DNA of 64,000 bases from an uncultured Gemmatimonadales bacterium. GTDB lineage: Bacteria > Gemmatimonadota > Gemmatimonadetes > Longimicrobiales > RSA9. Every line of letters begins with the position of its first letter. Positions within the stretch are counted from its first letter, which is position 1. Shown piece by piece: positions 17,442-27,336 of this stretch. The position numbers and the translations under genes are program-made. Below the pieces are notes generated by a model, which worked only from the letters and a program-made list of their open reading frames with translations, made no database searches and had not been told where the DNA came from. Where the stretch lies: positions 320,001-384,000 of the forward strand of contig CAVUKA010000003.1 of the NCBI GenBank assembly GCA_963741945.1, read 5' to 3'.

Positions 17442-19061
17442 TCAGGACCCCGCCGGAGGCGTGCGCGCCGGGACGTCATCGCGGTTCCGCTCGGCAATGG
17501 ACTTCGCCTGCGTGAAGAGCAGCAGGTAATCCGGGCCGCCGGCCTTCGAATCGGTCCCGCTCATGTTGAAGCCGCCGAACGGCTGCACGCCCACGAGCGC
17601 GCCCGTGATCTTGCGATTGAAGTACAGGTTGCCCACGTGGAACTCGTCGCGGGCCCGCTCCAGCCGCTCGCGCGAGCAGGAGAAGACGCCACCCGTGAGG
17701 CCATACTCGGTCCCGTTGGCGATCTCGAGCGCGTGATCGAAATCCCGGGCCCTGATGAACGCCAGCACCGGCCCGAAGACTTCCTCCTGCGCGATGCGGG
17801 CGTTCGGGTCGACATCGGCAATGATCGTGGGCGGAATGAAGTACCCGTCCTGGCTCTCATCCACTTCACCGCCGAGTACCAGCCGGCCCTCCTGCTTGCC
17901 GATCTCGATGTACTCGCGGATGCTACGGAACGCGTTCCTGTCGATCACCGCGCCCATGAACACGCCCTTCTGGGAAGGCTCGCCCACGCGGATCTCGTTG
18001 GCGCGCTGGACCACCTTCTCCAGCACTTCATCATAGACCTCGTCGACCACGATGGCGCGGGAGCACGCGGAGCACTTCTGTCCCTGGAACCCGAAGGCGC
18101 CGGCCACGATGGCATCAGCGGCCGCATCCAGGTCGGCCGTCTCATCCACGATCTGGGCGTCCTTGCCGCCCATTTCCAGGATGGTGCGCTTGAGCCACTT
18201 CTGCCCCGGGTTCAGCTTGGCCGCGCGGTCGAAGATCCGCAGTCCCACTTCCTTCGAGCCCGTGAAGGCGATCAGCCGCGTCAGCGGATGGTCGACCAGC
18301 GAGTCCCCGATCTCGCTGCCGGGGCCCGGCAGGAACGCCAGCGCCTTCTTCGGCAGGCCGGCCTCGTGCAGGATCTCCACATACTTGAACGCGATGGCCG
18401 GCGCCGTGGAGGCGGGCTTCAGAACTGCCGTGTTCCCCGTCACCAGCGCGGCGGCGGTCATCCCGCCCATGATGGCCGCCGGAAAGTTCCATGGCGGGAT
18501 CACGAGCGCCACGCCCAGCGGGATGTAGCGGAGCTCGTTCTCCTCGCCCGGGTACTCGACGACTTCCTGCGGACCGCCCAGCTTCATGGTCCAGCGGGCG
18601 TAGTAGTCGCAGAAGTCGATGAGCTCGGCGACATCGCCCACTGCTTCCGTCCAGCTCTTCGAGACTTCGTAGACCATCCACGCCGCCAGGTATGCCTTCC
18701 GCTCCCGCATGATGTCCGCAGCGCGGAAGAAGATCTCGGCGCGCTCCTGGTACGGCGTGTTCTTCCACTCGTTCTCGAAGAATTCCTGCGCGCTCTCGAT
18801 CGCGCGTTCTCCCAGGGCTCGCGTGGCCTGGACGAACCGCCCGATGACCAGCGACGGGTCGGCCGGGCTCGTGGAGTCCTTGAGGTCACCCTCGTGGATC
18901 TCCTCGCCGGCCACGATCAGGGGATAGGTCCGCCCGAGCTCGGAGCGCACCTTCTCGAGTGCGTCCTCCATGAGCCGGACGTTGTCCGCGTCGCTCCAGT
19001 CGTAGTACGGCTCGTTCTTGAACCCTTCGATCCCGATCGGGAGTCCGGTAGCGGTCGCCAT
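17442..19061 (-). CDS. pruA: L-glutamate gamma-semialdehyde (P5C) dehydrogenase
   Basis: FKNEP, PPWNFP, FTGSKEVG, EMGGK, AFGFQGQKCSACSR, YFNRKITGALVGVQPFGG, KAGGPDYL (RocA/PruA type). Confidence 0.93.
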   Translation of the reverse strand: MATATGLPIGIEGFKNEPYYDWSDADNVRLMEDALEKVRSELGRTYPLIVAGEEIHEGDLKDSTSPADPSLVIGRFVQATRALGERAIESAQEFFENEWKNTPYQERAEIFFRAADIMRERKAYLAAWMVYEVSKSWTEAVGDVAELIDFCDYYARWTMKLGGPQEVVEYPGEENELRYIPLGVALVIPPWNFPAAIMGGMTAAALVTGNTAVLKPASTAPAIAFKYVEILHEAGLPKKALAFLPGPGSEIGDSLVDHPLTRLIAFTGSKEVGLRIFDRAAKLNPGQKWLKRTILEMGGKDAQIVDETADLDAAADAIVAGAFGFQGQKCSACSRAIVVDEVYDEVLEKVVQRANEIRVGEPSQKGVFMGAVIDRNAFRSIREYIEIGKQEGRLVLGGEVDESQDGYFIPPTIIADVDPNARIAQEEVFGPVLAFIRARDFDHALEIANGTEYGLTGGVFSCSRERLERARDEFHVGNLYFNRKITGALVGVQPFGGFNMSGTDSKAGGPDYLLLFTQAKSIAERNRDDVPARTPPAGS

Positions 19062-19130
19062 GATGCCAGCCTTCTCTATGGTTGAGTATTCGTCGTGGTC
19101 GCGCCCGTCGCCCACAGCCGCCTCGCGGCC

Positions 19131-19160
19131 AAGCTACCCGGATCATAGCGGGGGCGTCAA
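19131..19160 (-). promoter_or_regulatory. sigma70-type promoter for pruA
   Basis: TTGACG-N18-TAGCTT. Confidence 0.6.
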
Positions 19161-19306
19161 CGTCCCGCGAAGCTCCGGAGAGGGCGGAGCGGGTCATCTC
19201 GCCGACAGACCCGTTTTCGCCGCATGCGACCCCGCGCGCCCGGGCACGCCAGAGGCTCGCATCAGAGGACTGTCGCTCGATCGGGAGGGATCTCGCGGCC
19301 GGCGGG

Positions 19307-20407
19307 TCAGCGGACGGGTCGATCCCCGTCCGCACCGCGCAGGCCGTCCGCCTCGAGGTCGATGGGGCGCTCATCGGGAGGGACGCCGAGTGAAATGGGC
19401 GAGGCCGGCGTCTGGCCTCGGTCGCGCAGGATCTCGCGCACGGCGAGGGGTCCATGGTGACGGCCGTCCTCGATGAAGACGGCGTCGGGGCGGTTGCCGG
19501 CGGTGATCACACCGGCGATGAAGATCCCGCGCACATCCGTTTGCATCGTTGCGGGATCGTGCACGGGAACGCCCGTATCGGGATCCACGCTCACGCCCGC
19601 CGCGCGCAGGAGCGACGTGTCGGGGCGGTAGCCGGTCATGGCGAGGACGAAGTCGTTGGGGAAGATCTCGGTGGCGCCGGAGCCGGTGTCGCGGAGCAAC
19701 AGCTCGCTCGGGCGGATCTCCTCCACACGCGTATTCCACCGTACGGCGATCTCACGCTTCTTGAGGCGGTTGGCAATGTCGGGAATGATCCACGGCTTCA
19801 CACCGGGATCGAGGCGATCGAGGAAGTGGATCAGGGTGACGCGGGCTCCCGCGCGCCAGCAGTCGAGGGCGGCCTCGACGGCGGAGTTTCCCGCCCCGAC
19901 CACGGCCACATCCTGGTCGTAGAACGGGTGTGCCTCGGTGAAGTAGTGGTAGACTTTGGGCAGGTCCTCGCCCGGCACTCCCATGTAATTGGGCTGCCCT
20001 GCGTAGCCGGTGGCGACCACCACATTGCGCGCCCGGTGGACCCGTTCCTCGCCCGCGAGCGTGCGGGTCCCGAGGCCGAAGGCGCCCTGCGCCCCGGTCA
20101 GCGATACCACCTCCTCGTACTGCCGGACATCCAGGTCGTACTCCATGGCGACCCGCCGGTAGTACTTGAGCGCGTCCGCCCGGGTGGGCTTGTCCCCGGG
20201 CGTGATGAACGGGACATCGCCGATCTCCAGTCGCTCGGCCGTGCTGAAGAACGTGGCCTGCGTGGGATAGAGCGTGATGGACCGGGTCACGCACCCCTTG
20301 TCGAAGACGGCGCAGCGGAGACCCGCCTGGGTAGCGGCGACAGCGGCGCTCAAGCCGGTCGGGCCCGCGCCGATCACGGCCAGGTCCAGCATATCGTTAT
20401 CGTTCAT
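19307..20407 (-). CDS. ypdA: YpdA-family (putative bacillithiol) disulfide reductase
   Basis: GAGPTG, FFSTAERLEIG, ALKYYRRV, HYFTEAHPF, GAGNSA, VKPWIIP, FIEDGRHHG; no CxxC. Confidence 0.88.
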   Translation of the reverse strand: MNDNDMLDLAVIGAGPTGLSAAVAATQAGLRCAVFDKGCVTRSITLYPTQATFFSTAERLEIGDVPFITPGDKPTRADALKYYRRVAMEYDLDVRQYEEVVSLTGAQGAFGLGTRTLAGEERVHRARNVVVATGYAGQPNYMGVPGEDLPKVYHYFTEAHPFYDQDVAVVGAGNSAVEAALDCWRAGARVTLIHFLDRLDPGVKPWIIPDIANRLKKREIAVRWNTRVEEIRPSELLLRDTGSGATEIFPNDFVLAMTGYRPDTSLLRAAGVSVDPDTGVPVHDPATMQTDVRGIFIAGVITAGNRPDAVFIEDGRHHGPLAVREILRDRGQTPASPISLGVPPDERPIDLEADGLRGADGDRPVR

Positions 20408-22871
20408 TCCCCGATGGGGTGAGATTCAAACGCTCGGTGGCGAGGCGCTCGACGGCCCCGGCTTGCAGCGGCAGGGGGATCAATCCGCCCGTGCGCCACA
20501 TCTCCACCTGGTCGCGGTAGTGGCGGTCGAACGGAATCCCGCCCTGCCCGGTGCCGATGACGAACCCTCCTGCGCCGTCGAGGTTCCCCAGGTCCACGAC
20601 CTCGCGCTCACTGGGACCCGCGGTGGTGGTGAACGGGAAGCTCTCGGCCGGCGACCTGTACGCCCAGTGGGACACATTGACCGTGGTCGGCGATCCGTGG
20701 TGAGGGAACGGGCCGACGTCGAAGCCGAACAGCGCGTCGAGGGCGCGTACGCTCCCGAGGATGTGGCTGTGGACGACGCGGTTCGCCTCGCGCCACGGGC
20801 GATCGGAAAGTGGCGCGGCCTCGCGCATGGCGGCTTCGGCCAGCTCCCGGAACCGGGTCGCCCCGGAATCGGCCCAGGGGAGCGCCCCCCGCTCGAGGAT
20901 GTCCGCCATCAGGGTAGCCGGGAAGTAGGCGGGCGCGCCCCGGTAGAGGTCCTCGGCCACGGCCTGGCGCGTGAGCTCGTTCCAGAGATAGAAGAGCGTG
21001 GCGGCCCGCGAATCGCCGGACGCGCGCGCGTCCCAGCCACGGAGCAGCACCGCCTGAGCGGCCAGACCGGCGTCTTCGGCCGCACGCACCGCGCGTCTCA
21101 GGTAGCGGCGGGCGTAGAGGTCGCCCACGTCGAGCTGCAAGACGTGGATGTCGGCGGCGGTGAGGTCGTGGCGCTGCAGGATCATGTCACGGATGCGCAT
21201 TGCCCGGAAGGGCGATTCCCAGCTCGTGGCGATGAGATCGCCCACGGGAGCGCGGGTCTGGCGGTTGTTGGCCGTGACCACGAACCCGTCAGGGGGGTCC
21301 AGCACGCGCGGGTGCTCGGAAAAGGGGAGCTCGCCCGTCCAGTCCCAATCCCCCGTCCATCCGGGAACGGGGGCGACGGGAGGCGGGCGCCCCGTGCCCC
21401 GCACGGGCACCGTTCCCCCCATGACATAGCCAATGTGACCGGCCGTGTCGGCGTAGACCAGGTTCTGGTGCGGATCATCCATGGCCTCGACGGCGGTCAG
21501 GAATTCCGTCCAGTTCCGGGCGAAGTTCATCCCGATGATGCCGCTGAAGACCGTCCCCGTGCGGTGCGCGGTCCACTGGAGCGCGAGCACGCTGTCGCCG
21601 GAGGCGAGGGAGTCGCCGAGCGGGAGCACGGGTCCATGGCGGGTGCTGCGAACGCGCAGCAGCACCGGATCTTCCCGCCCCTTCACGCGGATCGTGTCGG
21701 TGCGGACCCGGAACGGCTCGCTCCCGCCCGGGACCAGGTAGCGCGTGGAGTCCGCTGGATCGATGCGCTCGATGAAGAGGTCCACGTCGTCCACGTACGC
21801 GTTCGTCATCCCCCACGCCACCGCGGCGTTGTGCCCGATGACCACCAGCGGCGCGCCGGGGATGCTCACGCCCACCACGTCGAGCGGCGGCGATGCGGGA
21901 TCCGGTGACGGCGCGTGCAGTCCCACCAGGTACCACAGGCTGGGGGCCTGGAGCTCCAGGTGCGTGTCATTGGCCAGGATCGGCTTTCCGGAAACGGTCC
22001 TGCGGCCAGCCACGGCCCACGCGTTCGATGCCGCGGCGATGCTGAACGCGTCCAGAAGCGCCGCCGCCATTGACGGCGTCTCCGGCGGCTCGGGCGGGAG
22101 TGGCGCCGCAGCGAGCCCCGCGGCGAGATCGCCGGCGGGGGGGAGCGGCGCGGGCGATGGGGCCATGCCCATTCTCCGATCCGCTTCGGCGGCCCCGTGC
22201 GGCTCGAGGATGGTCGCGCCCCACGCCGGGTACGCTGGAAAGAGATAGCTCGACCGCTCGGGCCCCAACCGGCGGATCGCGCGCGCCACCGCCACGGTTT
22301 CCCCGTACGATGCCAGGGTCAGCGACATCATCTTGGCCACGCCCAGCGTCTGAGCCGGGGTCCAGGGCTCGGGATGGTGGCCGAGTACGAGCAGTTCCGG
22401 AGGCAGGGCGCCCGCGCGGGTCCGGATGGCAGCGTTCACACCGTCGGCATAGGCCTCGAGCCAGGCCTGCTCTCGCGGTCCGAGCTTCGCGGCCGCCGCG
22501 ACGGCGGCATCCCAGATCCCCAGTCGCCGCATGAAGCGATCGGTCTCCAGCGCCTGCGGACCGAGCATCTCCGCCAGTCGGCCCTGGACGGCGTGGCGCG
22601 CGACCTCCATCTGCCAGAGCCGATCCCGGGCGTGAACGTAGCCCTGCACGACCAGGGCGTCATGGACGCTCCCCGCCCGGATGTGGGGAACGGCATGGGC
22701 ATCCCAGAGGACCTGGACAGGGCCTTTCACGCCATCGATCCCGCGGCTCCCGTCCCGTTCCGGAACGGCGGTATGCAGGTAGAGCAGTGCGATGACCAGC
22801 GCCGCGGCCACGAGCACCACCCCACCGGCCGCCACGCGGAGGCCCAGAGCGCGCCCACGACTCCGCTTCAC
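20397..22871 (-). CDS. Penicillin acylase family (S45 Ntn-hydrolase) with N-terminal anchor
   Basis: VPHIRA, QGYVHARDRLWQM, beta-chain start SNAWAV..SGKPILANDTHL, TRHGP, NLVYAD, TANN. True start is the GTG in a GTGA overlap; the ORF-track extension to 24872 is shadow. Confidence 0.93.
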   Translation of the reverse strand: MKRSRGRALGLRVAAGGVVLVAAALVIALLYLHTAVPERDGSRGIDGVKGPVQVLWDAHAVPHIRAGSVHDALVVQGYVHARDRLWQMEVARHAVQGRLAEMLGPQALETDRFMRRLGIWDAAVAAAAKLGPREQAWLEAYADGVNAAIRTRAGALPPELLVLGHHPEPWTPAQTLGVAKMMSLTLASYGETVAVARAIRRLGPERSSYLFPAYPAWGATILEPHGAAEADRRMGMAPSPAPLPPAGDLAAGLAAAPLPPEPPETPSMAAALLDAFSIAAASNAWAVAGRRTVSGKPILANDTHLELQAPSLWYLVGLHAPSPDPASPPLDVVGVSIPGAPLVVIGHNAAVAWGMTNAYVDDVDLFIERIDPADSTRYLVPGGSEPFRVRTDTIRVKGREDPVLLRVRSTRHGPVLPLGDSLASGDSVLALQWTAHRTGTVFSGIIGMNFARNWTEFLTAVEAMDDPHQNLVYADTAGHIGYVMGGTVPVRGTGRPPPVAPVPGWTGDWDWTGELPFSEHPRVLDPPDGFVVTANNRQTRAPVGDLIATSWESPFRAMRIRDMILQRHDLTAADIHVLQLDVGDLYARRYLRRAVRAAEDAGLAAQAVLLRGWDARASGDSRAATLFYLWNELTRQAVAEDLYRGAPAYFPATLMADILERGALPWADSGATRFRELAEAAMREAAPLSDRPWREANRVVHSHILGSVRALDALFGFDVGPFPHHGSPTTVNVSHWAYRSPAESFPFTTTAGPSEREVVDLGNLDGAGGFVIGTGQGGIPFDRHYRDQVEMWRTGGLIPLPLQAGAVERLATERLNLTPSGNER

Positions 22872-24034
22872 GACAAGGCCCCCAACGCCCCCGCGAGATC
22901 CGCCTGGAGGTCCGCCACATCCTCCACACCGACGGAGAGGCGGACGAACCCGTCGGCGATCCCGGCCGCGCGCCGCTCCTCGGCGGTGATGGCGGCATGG
23001 GAGGTATAGCGCGGCATCGAGGCCAGCGACTCGACGCCACCCAGGCTGGGCGCGACGGCGATGATCCGGAAGCGTTCCAGGACGGCGCGCGCTGCGGCGT
23101 CGCCCCCCCGCACCACGAAGCCGAGCATGCCACCGGATCCGCGGAACAGCCGGGCCGCAGTCTGGTGGTCGGGGTGGTCGGGAAGGCCCGGATAATGGAC
23201 GGCGTCCACAGTCGGGTGGGACACGAGCCAGCGCGCCAGCGTCATGGCCGACGCATTCTGGCGCTCCACGCGTATGGCCAGCGTCTTCAGCCCCCGGTCG
23301 AGCAGCCACAGTCCGTGGGGATCCAGGCTCGGGCCGAACGACTTGAGCCGGGTGCGCACGCGCTCCACGTTCTCCTTCGACCCCATCACTGCCCCGGCCA
23401 CCACGTCCGAGTGGCCGCCCATGTACTTCGTCGCGCTGTGGATGACCACGTCGGCGCCGTGCTCCAGGGGTCGGAAGTTGACTGGCGTGGCGAACGTGGC
23501 ATCCACGACCAGCGGCACTCCGTGCGACCGGGCGACCTCGGCCACCGGGCGGGGATCGGGCACCCGCATGGTCGGGTTCACGGGGATCTCCATGTAGAGC
23601 AGCCGCGTTTCGGGGGTGATCGCGGACGCCCAGTCTCCGGCCGCGGGCACGAACGTGGTGCGAATGCCGAGGCGCGGCAGCTCGTGGCGCAGGAGGGTGA
23701 GCGTGCCGCCGTACAGGGAATCCGCGGCCACGATGTGCTCCCCCGCACCCGCGAACGCCAGCACGGTGAGAGAAATGGCGGCCATCCCGCTCCCCACCGC
23801 GATCCCCGCCTCCGCACCTTCCAGCGCCGCCAGCTTCCGGCCCAGCCGCTCGTAGCCGTCGCTGTTGGCGTAGCGGCCGTAGAGGACCTCGCCTTCGGGC
23901 TCCGGCGCATTGAAGAACGTCGTGCTCGCCACCAGCGGCGCCACCACGGGCTGGCCCGGCGCGCGGGGCGGTGAGCCAGCGTGGACGGCCATGGTGGAAG
24001 GTCCGGGAGAGCGGGTGCCGCTGGTGTCGGTCAT
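22868..24034 (-). CDS. Second Cys/Met metabolism PLP enzyme (trans-sulfuration family)
   Basis: LYGRYAN, LEGAE, EIPVNP, VDATFATP, HSATKYMGGHSD, SLGGVESL, VRLSVGVED. Confidence 0.92.
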   Translation of the reverse strand: MTDTSGTRSPGPSTMAVHAGSPPRAPGQPVVAPLVASTTFFNAPEPEGEVLYGRYANSDGYERLGRKLAALEGAEAGIAVGSGMAAISLTVLAFAGAGEHIVAADSLYGGTLTLLRHELPRLGIRTTFVPAAGDWASAITPETRLLYMEIPVNPTMRVPDPRPVAEVARSHGVPLVVDATFATPVNFRPLEHGADVVIHSATKYMGGHSDVVAGAVMGSKENVERVRTRLKSFGPSLDPHGLWLLDRGLKTLAIRVERQNASAMTLARWLVSHPTVDAVHYPGLPDHPDHQTAARLFRGSGGMLGFVVRGGDAAARAVLERFRIIAVAPSLGGVESLASMPRYTSHAAITAEERRAAGIADGFVRLSVGVEDVADLQADLAGALGALS

Positions 24035-24149
24035 GGCCGGGCTGGCCTCCGTGGAAGCACATGCGCGCTCGGCGCGTCGGCACGCCGCTGGCGAAGCATG
24101 GAAAAGCTAGGACGGGGGCCAGGCCGTGGCAACGCGCGGTACCATGGAG

Positions 24150-24165
24150 CGGCACCCTTCGTGCA
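24150..24165 (+). promoter_or_regulatory. Possible sigma54 promoter
   Basis: cGGCACCcttcGTGCA (GG-N10-GC) upstream of the 24210-27336 cassette. Confidence 0.45.
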
Positions 24166-24209
24166 CGGGATTGAAGCGGAGCACGCGGCTTGATGAAGGA
24201 TGAACGCGA

Positions 24210-25640
24210 GTGAGTGCGGGCAGCAGGCAGGAGGCGGTAGAGAGACCGACGACGAGCGTCACACGAGGCAATCCAGACCGGGTCGTGATCATCAGCGACC
24301 TCCACATCGGGGCGGGACGCCAGCCGGACGGGCAGGTGGACCGCCTCGAGCATTTTCACGACGACGCCGAATTCGAGCATCTCGTCGACCGGCTGCGGCG
24401 AAGGGCCGTGCGGCGGGGGCAGCGAGCGGAGCTGGTGCTGAACGGGGACGTGTTCGACTTCGTGCGTACGGTACGGCTGCCGGCGGGCCCGGCGGAGGTG
24501 GCGGAGTGGCGGGCTCTGCTGGAGGAGTCTGACGTGGCCGCGCCGGCGGGAGCGCTCGAAGCGGCGGAGGCGGGTCGCTTCAGTCGGCTTCAGCGTCGCT
24601 ACGGCTACGACTGCGCCGAGCACACGTCCGTCTGGAAGCTCTGGCTCATGTCCCGTGGGCATCCCCGGTTCATGGCAGCGCTGGCTCGCTGGTGCGCGGC
24701 CGGTCTCGGGCTGGTGGTGATTCGAGGCAACCACGACAGCGAATGGGCCTGGCCGGGCGCGCGTCGCGCGCTGCGAGTGCTGCTCCGCCGCGCGGGCTCC
24801 GGGACGCTGGTGCCGGGGCAGCTCCGATTCCGATTGCACGCCTACCGGCGCGCCAACCTCTGGATCGAGCACGGCAACTCGATCCGCTGGTCCACGCGAA
24901 CGGCGGACCTCTTCACCCGGGGGCGGTCGAGGCGCCTGATGGTCCCGGTGGGCTCGCTGATCAACCGCTTCGTCCTGAACCCGCTCGAGCGGCTCCTCGA
25001 TCGGACCCCGAACCTGCCATCATCGCTGCGCCTGAAGCGGCTCGCGGCCACAGAGCCATGGCGCCTCTCGCGCCGGATCCTCGCCAACTCCGTGCGTGCG
25101 CTGCCGGCGTTCGCCGCCGCCAGCTGGCGCGCGTGGTACAACAGGGCCAAGGACTGGTTGCCCGCCCGCATTGGATGGCTCGTCGCCAGTCTCGTCCTGA
25201 TACTCCCCCTGATTTCCAACCGCATCGCCGGAACGCTCGCGCTCGGCTCGGGCTACGCGAGGGCCGGCGCCGCGGCGTTGGCCATTGCGGGGCCGCAGCT
25301 TGGCCTGGCCCTCGTGGAGGTCGTCGCCGCGGTCCGGGACGGCACCCAGCTCCAGGCGAGAAAGTACGCCGTCGAGCAGGCGGCGGAGCGGAGCCGTCGC
25401 TGCGGCGCCGGTGAGCCGCTGGTGGTGCTCGGGCACACACACGCGCCGGAGCTCCGGCGCATCGAGGGGGACAACGGGGCGGTGGTGTACGCGAATCCGG
25501 GGTGCTGGATCGAGAGTCCCGACGGGGAGCCGGCGCCGCGCTTCGTCTGGTGCGCGCTCCAGGATGGGCGGTACGGGCACGCGACCGTGTTCGAGCTTGC
25601 AGGAGAAGAACTGAAATGCCGCACACATTTGAGGATCTGA
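24210..25640 (+). CDS. Calcineurin-like metallophosphoesterase with an inserted membrane segment
   Basis: ISDLHIG, LNGDVFD, RGNHD, IEHGN, LGHTH, YANPGCW; two hydrophobic helices before the GHTH motif. Confidence 0.85.
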   Translation: MSAGSRQEAVERPTTSVTRGNPDRVVIISDLHIGAGRQPDGQVDRLEHFHDDAEFEHLVDRLRRRAVRRGQRAELVLNGDVFDFVRTVRLPAGPAEVAEWRALLEESDVAAPAGALEAAEAGRFSRLQRRYGYDCAEHTSVWKLWLMSRGHPRFMAALARWCAAGLGLVVIRGNHDSEWAWPGARRALRVLLRRAGSGTLVPGQLRFRLHAYRRANLWIEHGNSIRWSTRTADLFTRGRSRRLMVPVGSLINRFVLNPLERLLDRTPNLPSSLRLKRLAATEPWRLSRRILANSVRALPAFAAASWRAWYNRAKDWLPARIGWLVASLVLILPLISNRIAGTLALGSGYARAGAAALAIAGPQLGLALVEVVAAVRDGTQLQARKYAVEQAAERSRRCGAGEPLVVLGHTHAPELRRIEGDNGAVVYANPGCWIESPDGEPAPRFVWCALQDGRYGHATVFELAGEELKCRTHLRI

Positions 25641-26209
25641 CCGCCGGGAGCAGCGCCACGCTGCACCAGCTGTGGGGCGCGGGTGAGGCGCCGGAGCCCG
25701 GAGCGCTCGCCGGCCGGGTCTTCCGCGGCCGGAACACGGCGCTGCTGGCGCGCCTCGCGGGCAACGGCCCGTTCGCCAAAGGGTTCATCCAGACCAGTTC
25801 CGGCCTGGAAGGGTGCAACTTCCCGGCACGCGTGCGGCAGGGCGTGTGGACGGTCGATACCACACGACCATTCGGCTTCTTCCGCGTGACCCGAATGGAC
25901 GAGCCGGGCGACGACGGTCCCCGCAGCGCGCTCCTGATCGACTATGGCCAGGGGCGTCCCGACGCGCTGCGGACGGGCGGCCCGGGGCTGGCGCTACGGG
26001 TGGTCGAGCGGATGGCTCGCCCGCTCCGCGACGTGCTGGTCCGGCCACCGGGCGCGGCCGACGACGTGTATCTGGGACGGGCATTCTTCGGCGCGCGTCG
26101 CCGGCTGCACGTCTCCTATTTCGTGATCGAGTCATGGCGGACGCTGACGGGAGACCATGACGTCAACATCGTGGCGACCGGGAGCGTCGCAGGGAGGACG
26201 GAACCATGA
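25616..26209 (+). CDS. Hypothetical protein
   Basis: AGGAG RBS, overlaps both neighbours; motifs FAKGF, PFGFFRV, ALLIDYG, LRDVLV, YLGRAF. Confidence 0.78.
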   Translation: MPHTFEDLTAGSSATLHQLWGAGEAPEPGALAGRVFRGRNTALLARLAGNGPFAKGFIQTSSGLEGCNFPARVRQGVWTVDTTRPFGFFRVTRMDEPGDDGPRSALLIDYGQGRPDALRTGGPGLALRVVERMARPLRDVLVRPPGAADDVYLGRAFFGARRRLHVSYFVIESWRTLTGDHDVNIVATGSVAGRTEP

Positions 26210-27336
26210 GAAAGGCCGTGGTGACAGGCGCAGGTGGATTCATCGGGCGAGCCACGACGGCGCGCCTGCTCCGGGACGGCTGGGGCGTGACGGCACTCGA
26301 CCTGCCGGGCCGCCACGGCGCCGTCCCCCCTGGGGCGGAACGCATGGAAGCCGACATCCGGGACCGGGACGCCCTCCGTGCGGCGTTCCGGGAGGCGGAC
26401 GTGGTCTTCCACACGGCCGCTCTGTTCGACCTCCTCGCGCCATGGGCGGCGCTGCAGGAAGTCAACGTGGAAGGCGTTCGCCGCGTGTGCGCGGCGGCCC
26501 GCGGCGCCGGTGTGGGGCGGGTGATCTGCTGGGGGAGCAGCAGCGTCTACGGCGTGGCCGACGATCCGGTCTCGTTCCGGGAGGATCGACCGATCGACCT
26601 GGGCCCGCTCAACGCATACGCCCGCAGCAAGCACCTGGGTGAGCTCGCCGCGCTCGGGGCGGCGGAAGAGGGTGGAGTGGAAGTGGTGGTGGTCCGGCCG
26701 GCCGACGTGTATGGCCCGGGCGCCGTCCAGGGGCTGGGCCAGGCGCTATGGGCGTTCAAGGTGGGACTCATGGGCGCCGTCCCCGGACCCGGAACCTCGG
26801 TGCACTCCCACGTCCACGTGGACGACGTGGCGGGCGCCGCCGTCCACCTCGCGCAGCACGGTCGCAACGGCGCCATCTACAACATCGCGGACCGTCGGCC
26901 CATGGCGGTGGCCGACCTGTATGCCCTCGCCCGTCGGACTCTCGGCGCCATTTCGCTCCGCGACGGCCGGATCAGCCTCCCCGCACGGCCGCGCTATCGA
27001 GGCAGGCCGATCTTCCACGTTCCCGCCGTCGTGCTCCGTGCGTTCGCGAAAGCAGAGGTGGCGCGGACGCGCCATGGCTGGCTGAGCGGGAAGCTGGGGC
27101 CGCGACCGCTGGCGACGCCGGAAGGGGTGGACCTTCTCCTCGGCCACCACATCGTGGATCCCGAGCGCCTGCTGGAGACGGGCTACCAACCGGAGTGGCC
27201 GGATGTGCGCGAAGGTGTCGTAGCCCTGGTGGAAAGCTACCGCGCCACGGGGTGGGCGGCGTTCCACGAGGAGCCGCCGCACGTGGAAGCGCGCTCGGCC
27301 GGGTCGGGGCGGACGGTCGCCGCGGAAGCGGCCTGA
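26206..27336 (+). CDS. NAD-dependent epimerase/dehydratase (extended SDR)
   Basis: VTGAGGFIG, VFHTAA, SSSVYG, YARSK, RPADVYGPG, HVDDVA. Confidence 0.93.
   Translation: MRKAVVTGAGGFIGRATTARLLRDGWGVTALDLPGRHGAVPPGAERMEADIRDRDALRAAFREADVVFHTAALFDLLAPWAALQEVNVEGVRRVCAAARGAGVGRVICWGSSSVYGVADDPVSFREDRPIDLGPLNAYARSKHLGELAALGAAEEGGVEVVVVRPADVYGPGAVQGLGQALWAFKVGLMGAVPGPGTSVHSHVHVDDVAGAAVHLAQHGRNGAIYNIADRRPMAVADLYALARRTLGAISLRDGRISLPARPRYRGRPIFHVPAVVLRAFAKAEVARTRHGWLSGKLGPRPLATPEGVDLLLGHHIVDPERLLETGYQPEWPDVREGVVALVESYRATGWAAFHEEPPHVEARSAGSGRTVAAEAA

Noticed and set aside
24035-24209. SAM riboswitch upstream of the Met/Cys PLP enzymes (also 4125-4213) or SAM/SAH riboswitch upstream of egtD
   Set aside because: I could not match the SAM-I or SAH core sequences by eye; an Infernal scan would be decisive.
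22872-24872. Apparent 1491-aa giant penicillin acylase
   Set aside because: The extension is an off-frame read over the PLP enzyme gene and antisense to the phosphoesterase; the real start is the GTG at 22871.
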